30,706 bases of DNA, from positions 1-30,706 of the forward strand of contig JBBCAW010000123.1 of NCBI GenBank assembly GCA_051382295.1, read 5' to 3'. The position numbers and the translations under genes are program-made. Positions 25,746 to 30,706 of this stretch are shown here, in pieces. Source of the stretch: Bdellovibrionota bacterium FG-1. Lineage in GTDB: Bacteria; Bdellovibrionota; UBA1018. The notes beneath the pieces are model-generated. The model was not told the origin of the DNA, did not search any database, and saw nothing but the letters and a program-made list of their open reading frames with translations. Numbering within the stretch: the first letter of the stretch is position 1; each line of letters starts with the position of its first letter.

Positions 25746-26072
25746 GGCTAAATGCAGCTATGCAAATCAAACTGGTGATTCCAATACCCGTCTTTCGGGA
25801 GAGCGCGGCGGCGAAAAGCCCCCGCTCTCTCGAAAGACTCAGTTAGACACCAGGGAGGCCCTTGGATGGAGTGATGAAAGTTTAAAGTTTGTGGAAACGG
25901 TTGGCAGCTCAGACCCGTACGAATGCGCCTGACCCTTTCCCCACAAGTGCAGTTTCTCAGTCGGCTGAGGAACTGTTTAGCCAAAACCGAGTTGCATCAC
26001 AATGCGACTCATTGACCAACGGGGCAAGGAAGCCCGGCCGTCACAAGGAAGCAGAGACGGCTTTTCAAGGAG
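25746..26072 (+). ncRNA. Highly structured intergenic/leader RNA before flagellin 3 (unclassified)
   Basis: Closing stem GGCTAAA/TTTAGCC enclosing a 16-bp hairpin and others; downstream AAGGA-loop hairpins. Confidence 0.5.
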
Positions 26073-26081
26073 ACGAACATT

Positions 26082-26096
26082 ATGAACGGAGTCTAA
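26082..26096 (+). CDS. Mini-ORF MNGV* upstream of flagellin 3
   Basis: AAGGAG(26067-72)-9 nt-ATG AAC GGA GTC TAA, 1 nt before flagellin ATG. Confidence 0.5.
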   Translation: MNGV

Positions 26097-26097
26097 T

Positions 26098-26934
26098 ATG
26101 GGACTGAGAATAGCGACAAATATCACGGCCATGAATGCCCAACGCACGATGGCTGGAACACGTAATAAATTGGATGCAAGCTTAGAGCGATTATCGAGTG
26201 GATCTCGAATTAATCGATCAGGTGACGATGCCGCAGGATTAGCCATTTCAGAAAACTTACGAGCGCAAATCCGTGGGATCCGGCAGGCCAAACGAAATGC
26301 CATGGATGGGGTCTCAGTCATTCAAGTGTCTGAAGGCGGCCTCAATGAAGTATCCAGTATTCTGGTACGATTACGTGAACTTGCGATCCAATCCGCTTCA
26401 GATACCATTGGGGATACTGAACGCGGCTTTGCAGACCGGGAGTTTCAGTCACTCAAACAAGAAGTGGATCGAATCGCCAACGTAACCAACTTTAACGGTA
26501 CTCCGCTCTTAAACGGAAAGTCCGGAATCTTCGAGATTCAAGTCGGTACGAAAAACAACCCGATTTTGGACCGCATCGTCTACAATGGCGAAAGGTCAGA
26601 CGCGTCACTCGACGCACTCAAACTCGGGGGCGAATCGGTTGCGACCAAGCAAGGAGCCCAGCTGAGCCTTTCCGTGATCGACGATGCATTAATCCGGGTC
26701 AATAGCATCCGCGCTGATTTGGGCGCTATGCAGAACCGGCTTCAATCGACGATCAATAATCTAGCCGTCAGCGACGAAAACCTCTCTTCAGCTAATTCTC
26801 GTATTCGAGATACGGATTTTGCCGAAGAAGTCTCAGAGATGACCAAAAACAACATCCTGTTGCAATCGGGTATCTCTGTGTTGAGCCAAGCCAATTCAAC
26901 CAATCAGGCGACGCTCAAATTATTGCAAGGCTAA
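26098..26934 (+). CDS. fliC: Flagellin 3 (close paralog of flagellin 2)
   Basis: Flagellin motifs; 278 aa, long identical peptide stretches with flagellin 2. Confidence 0.97.
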   Translation: MGLRIATNITAMNAQRTMAGTRNKLDASLERLSSGSRINRSGDDAAGLAISENLRAQIRGIRQAKRNAMDGVSVIQVSEGGLNEVSSILVRLRELAIQSASDTIGDTERGFADREFQSLKQEVDRIANVTNFNGTPLLNGKSGIFEIQVGTKNNPILDRIVYNGERSDASLDALKLGGESVATKQGAQLSLSVIDDALIRVNSIRADLGAMQNRLQSTINNLAVSDENLSSANSRIRDTDFAEEVSEMTKNNILLQSGISVLSQANSTNQATLKLLQG

Positions 26935-26995
26935 TCTTGGTAGAGACGAAGCAGTTAAACAGGTAGACTTGGAGTTAAGGGAGATACCCTGAAGC

Positions 26996-27883
26996 ATGTC
27001 AGTCACGCATTCAGTATGGATTTTAGGTGGGAGTAGCTTTGTTGGGAGCCATCTTGCCCTCGCGATGAGGGAGAAATGCAAGGTGACGCTGACCTACTAT
27101 GGCCGACCTATCAAGATCCCGGGAGTGACGTCGCTTCATCTAGCACTAGATAACCGAGACTGGGCAAAGCGAATTGCTTACTTAGCCAAGCCGGACACCA
27201 TTATCTACGCGGCTGGAAGCAACAACGTGGCCGCCGCCGAAGCCGACCCCCACATGTCAGACCATCTGCATATAGGGGGGGCGGCCACGATGGCAGACGT
27301 CACCGAAATCATGCAACCCAAGTTCATCTACTTGTCCAACTGCTTCGTCTTCGACGGACTCAAGGGAAACTACCGTGAAACGGATACAGTGATCCCCGCT
27401 GCCGCACTCGGTAGCTCCAAAGTCGGGGGCGAAAACTATGTCCGGGGGCGGTGTCTGAATTATATGATTGTCCGCTCCAGTCCTCTGATTGGGCGAGGCA
27501 ACGGACTCCGCACCACCTTTTTTGACCGTATCCGTACCGCACTCGATCGTGGGGAGCGATTCGAGCTGCCCAATCACGAATCCTTTTCCTATGCACCGAT
27601 CTCAGGACTCGTTGACCTCATCACCCGCCTGGTAGAAGGGGGCGTTCGAAACCGCGTACTCCATTATGGTGGGCTCACGCGCCTAACGCCTTACGAGTGG
27701 GCGGTTCAATTTGCCACCCGTTTTGGATATAATCCAGGCCTCATCGTTCCTGCGCGAGCGGGGCTCCAAAAAAAGGATTTCTCTCTCAACTGCTCTCAGG
27801 CTATCGAGCTTTTAAAGATCAAGCCCCTTCTCGTGGAGGAGAGCTTTGATCTGATCGAGAAGCAACTGATTGCCCGCCCGTGA
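26996..27883 (+). CDS. RmlD-like extended SDR (sugar-nucleotide-binding), catalytic residues degenerate
   Basis: ILGGSSFVG, KPDTIIYAAG, YLSNCFVFDG..GNYRETD, LGSSKVGGE (YxxxK Tyr replaced), DFSLN. Confidence 0.8.
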   Translation: MSVTHSVWILGGSSFVGSHLALAMREKCKVTLTYYGRPIKIPGVTSLHLALDNRDWAKRIAYLAKPDTIIYAAGSNNVAAAEADPHMSDHLHIGGAATMADVTEIMQPKFIYLSNCFVFDGLKGNYRETDTVIPAAALGSSKVGGENYVRGRCLNYMIVRSSPLIGRGNGLRTTFFDRIRTALDRGERFELPNHESFSYAPISGLVDLITRLVEGGVRNRVLHYGGLTRLTPYEWAVQFATRFGYNPGLIVPARAGLQKKDFSLNCSQAIELLKIKPLLVEESFDLIEKQLIARP

Positions 27884-28438
27884 ACGACGCGTATCTCGTG
27901 TTGCGCGCGCAAATTCGGAAAAATAAAATTTAGCAACCTGGTCAGGTGTGACTTTTTCACCCTGAAAGGTCCAATAAACATCACGAAATGGCCCGACTTG
28001 CGCCAAAAGATCCTGCGTCTGCGCTGCTCCGTTAGCCTGCGCACCCCCACCAGCGACAGCCTGTCCATCCACGCCAATAGTTCCCCGCAAATGCTGGGTA
28101 AAGGCGATCTGGATCACGCCATGAGCGGAGTTAGTGACCACCAGTTTGACTTGATTGCGAAAAATCATGAAATCAGCGGCAGTCTGAGCCACACTGTAAA
28201 CCTTGATTTCTTGGAATTTGGTCCCGCTCTCGGCAAAACCATTAAAAATTCGAGCATACTCATTAAAGCATTCTCGAAGGTCGGCCAAAAAATCGATCGT
28301 ATCTTCTTCGACTAACTGTTGCGGGTCAAAGCCACGCCCCAGCTGCAGCAGTCTCTCAGCGTCTGGATGAACTTCCGCCCGTGCTAACTCATGGATCCAG
28401 CCCTGCTGAGACGGCAAAACATCTTTAAAGCGGCTCAT
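27812..28438 (-). CDS. Hypothetical protein (208 aa)
   Basis: Plausible coding ORF with SD-like GGGGTG; no recognised motif; 72-bp convergent overlap with the RmlD-like gene. Confidence 0.75.
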   Translation of the reverse strand: MSRFKDVLPSQQGWIHELARAEVHPDAERLLQLGRGFDPQQLVEEDTIDFLADLRECFNEYARIFNGFAESGTKFQEIKVYSVAQTAADFMIFRNQVKLVVTNSAHGVIQIAFTQHLRGTIGVDGQAVAGGGAQANGAAQTQDLLAQVGPFRDVYWTFQGEKVTPDQVAKFYFSEFARATRDTRRSRAGNQLLLDQIKALLHEKGLDL

Positions 28439-28524
28439 TCAATAGTCACCCCAAAAGTAAGTGTATTTCCAATGGATCGAGATTGTCAAATTTAGGGTTA
28501 AGAGGACGAAAAAGAAGGGAAAAA

Positions 28525-28687
28525 ATCCTCAGAACCCGTGGTTGTCATTGGACCCCAGGATTAAGGTGGGCGCCGTATAATCGCTTTAGGCTTCCTGGAC
28601 GTGCCAGGCATGCACACCACGATCAGGGACAGCCCCCTGGGCTAATGACTGTAGGGTCCGAATTCATATCGCACGGGCCCTGAGGTA
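28525..28687 (-). ncRNA. ssrS: 6S RNA
   Basis: Minus strand contains GGTGTGCATGCCTGGCACGTCCAGGAAGCCTAAA...CCCACCTT, matching the 6S core (E. coli GGUGAGCAUGCUCGGUCCGUCCGAGAAGCCUUAAA...CACCUU); terminal stem CCTCAGGGCCCGTG/CACGGGTTCTGAGG; -10 TATGAT at 28698-93; U-run after the stem. Confidence 0.85.
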
Positions 28688-28793
28688 GCTCCATCATACT
28701 CCAATCGCAGGAAAGGGTCGTAGCAAAAAATCCATTTTTAAAGAATTTAAGTTTTCTTTACAGGTCGACCTTGAAATGACACAATTTTATCCA

Positions 28794-29837
28794 ATGGTCG
28801 GGAAAAAGCTTCTTGTAGCGGACGACAGTTTAACCATTCAGAAAGTCATACGACTCGCCCTCTCCAATGAGGGATATGAGATTCAGGCTGTCTCGGATGG
28901 CAATGACACCCTCGAACAAATTTCAGTATTTCGACCTGATGTCGTGCTGATTGATGTCTCTCTTCCGACCCAATCGGCCTTTGAAATCAAGCGCGCCGTC
29001 AATGAACACATCGACCTTCAAGATGTCCGTTTTGTCCTGATGTCGAGCGCCTACGAAAAGGTGGACGAAGCCCAGGCGACCGAAGTAGGCTTTCACGGCC
29101 GACTCACCAAACCCTTCGACCCAGCTCATTTGCGTCAAGTTCTGACCCAAGTCCTCGAACAAGTAACGGCTAAGCGCCGCGAAACGACGGCCCTCATTCA
29201 ACGCCCCACTGAAAAGACACCAGACCTCGATTTAGACTTGCCACCTGCCGATGAACTCGAACTTGAAGTATTGCCACCGCCGCCTTTTCCGAATGACGAT
29301 TGGCTCTCGCAACCGCTAGCCCCTGAAGAGCCTCTTTTACCACCGCCTCCTCCAGAAGCGGTCAAACAACTCTGGGAGGCTGAACCCGCGCCGCCCCAGC
29401 CGCCAATTCAGGAATCCAACCGGGGAGATCCCGATGGAGATATCCGACACCTGACGGAATCGACTATTCGAATGAGCGGTTTAGATGATTTTCAATGGAG
29501 CGTGAACGAGCCTTCGCTCAAAGCTGATTTTACGCCTTCAGCCCCCGAAACCACGGTCAGTCCTCCGTCAGATTTTGAAGCCGGAGGAGCAGATTTTTAC
29601 AGAGAACCAGAGGAGCCCTCACCTGTCACCCCTCCTCCTTTTACGGCGCCCTCTTTTATTCCTCCTGCTCCTTTTGTTGAGGAACCACAAATTCAGGCCA
29701 TTTCACAAAGCCAGATTGAAGAAATGATCCGCAAGGAGATCCATGAAACATTTCAAAAAATGGCTGAAAAAATGTTACCCGAAGTGGCCGAAAAGATCAT
29801 CAAACAGGAAATTCATCGGATGCTTTCGGAAATCTAA
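28794..29837 (+). CDS. romR: RomR-like polarity response regulator (receiver + Pro-rich linker + C-terminal helix)
   Basis: LLVADDSLTIQKVI closely matches the RomR N-terminus; DVVLID, LTKPFD; acidic Pro-rich linker; PEVAEKIIKQEI C-motif; alternative start 28776. Confidence 0.8.
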   Translation: MVGKKLLVADDSLTIQKVIRLALSNEGYEIQAVSDGNDTLEQISVFRPDVVLIDVSLPTQSAFEIKRAVNEHIDLQDVRFVLMSSAYEKVDEAQATEVGFHGRLTKPFDPAHLRQVLTQVLEQVTAKRRETTALIQRPTEKTPDLDLDLPPADELELEVLPPPPFPNDDWLSQPLAPEEPLLPPPPPEAVKQLWEAEPAPPQPPIQESNRGDPDGDIRHLTESTIRMSGLDDFQWSVNEPSLKADFTPSAPETTVSPPSDFEAGGADFYREPEEPSPVTPPPFTAPSFIPPAPFVEEPQIQAISQSQIEEMIRKEIHETFQKMAEKMLPEVAEKIIKQEIHRMLSEI

Positions 29838-30549
29838 GCTTCACATCCTCAGCAAAAAGAGAAACCTCCCGCCCCTGGACCTCCACCCGTAGTTCGCCCA
29901 TTTTACCAAGGCCAATCACCCGCCCCCGATGTCCATCCCATTCCACTTCAGTACCGGAAGCGAAAATAGCAAGGCGTTCATACTCGTCCGATACCACGCC
30001 TGATCCGTGAGCTACTAAATCCGCCAAAACAGTTTTGAGACCTTCTATGATTTCCAAACGAACATCATCCGCACTCACTCGCCGAGGCGAAAGCTGATCG
30101 CTGATTGACGTTGTGGCTTGGTCTAATCCTTGGGGGGCAAAAAGGCAATTCAGGCCTAAACCGATCACAATAAATGCATCTTGTTGAGTTCCAATAGCCT
30201 CACATAATACTCCGCCTAGCTTGGCTCCTTGAACCCAAAGATCGTTAGGCCACTTAATTCCCACCGCTAATGAAGGATACTGTTTTACGAAAAACCCAGC
30301 AACCGCGACAGTGGCGGTGAGCGGAACCCAGCTCCACAAACTCTTGTTTTCAATGCGGACCACCATCGAAAGAAAAAGATTACCCTCGACCGACTGCCAT
30401 GAACGACCTAACCGCCCCCGCCCCCGCTCCTGAATTCGCGCGGACACCCAAGTGCCATGAGGAGCTCCGGATTGCCCTAACTGTCGCGCTAGATCATTGG
30501 TGGAGTCACAACGATCGAGAACCTGGTTCGCTAACGCTCCTGAGTTCAA
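29800..30549 (-). CDS. birA: Biotin-[acetyl-CoA carboxylase] ligase, no N-terminal HTH
   Basis: DSTN, GRGRLGRSW, IKWPND, KLGGVL; TTG start overlapping upstream TGA. Confidence 0.93.
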   Translation of the reverse strand: MNSGALANQVLDRCDSTNDLARQLGQSGAPHGTWVSARIQERGRGRLGRSWQSVEGNLFLSMVVRIENKSLWSWVPLTATVAVAGFFVKQYPSLAVGIKWPNDLWVQGAKLGGVLCEAIGTQQDAFIVIGLGLNCLFAPQGLDQATTSISDQLSPRRVSADDVRLEIIEGLKTVLADLVAHGSGVVSDEYERLAIFASGTEVEWDGHRGRVIGLGKMGELRVEVQGREVSLFAEDVKLRFPKASDEFPV

Positions 30550-30644
30550 AGTCGGGCCACTCCTTCTAAAATCATCGAAAAATCACAGCTTTTTACACTG
30601 TGTGAAAGACTACCCACCGAAAGAACATCAACCCCATCAATCTG
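30546..30644 (-). CDS. nadC: 3' end of quinolinate phosphoribosyltransferase NadC (homology stops at 30644)
   Basis: QIDGVDVLSVGSLSHSVKSCDFSMILEGVARL* matches the NadC C-terminus (GVDxISxGxLTHS..DxS); TTGA overlap with birA. Confidence 0.75.
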   Translation of the reverse strand, partial: QIDGVDVLSVGSLSHSVKSCDFSMILEGVARL

Positions 30645-30706
30645 GTCGTGAAAGACCTCGGACATGCGGGGCCTTTCGCGACGACGCGTTTTACGGACGG
30701 TCAGAG

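Noticed and set aside
24542..26097. Separate sigma28 promoters for flagellins 2 and 3
   Set aside because: No TAAA-N15-GCCGA match found by eye; weak variants cannot be excluded
28576..28725. Plus-strand structured RNA or c-di-GMP-I-like riboswitch before romR
   Set aside because: Lacks the GAAA tetraloop, GCAAA and P2 pairing; the minus strand matches 6S RNA much better
30645..30706. Group II intron 3' end (D5/D6)
   Set aside because: No convincing D5 (AGC triad, GNRA loop) in the visible sequence; left as an unexplained junction

Overview
A compact, core-chromosome window, most likely from a Bdellovibrionota/Oligoflexia-like bacterium. This is inferred from a RomR-like regulator, short sheathed-type flagellins and TM-PilZ/HAMP-only membrane proteins. 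No CRISPR, prophage or transposase is visible. It holds a motility operon (partial FliG-C-like gene, stand-alone cNMP-binding protein, motA, motB), envelope and peptidoglycan-recycling genes (GT39, M14 peptidase, dedA, amidase_3, ampG), xerC/trmFO head-to-head, a KimA-like transporter, a sigma54/IHF-type promoter before a predicted outer-membrane beta-barrel, tadA, 6S RNA, romR, birA and an interrupted nadC end. The most interesting part is the flagellin locus (23.1-27.9 kb). It has a sigma28-promoted small RAMA-like protein ending in an ssrA-like tail, then three tandem flagellins whose long, hairpin-dense leaders carry GGA-loop (CsrA-type) stems. An identical 4-codon mini-ORF (M-N-G-V-stop) with its own strong SD ends 1 nt before the start of flagellins 2 and 3. 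A catalytically degenerate RmlD-like gene follows. All calls are by eye from motifs; no searches or folding programs were run.
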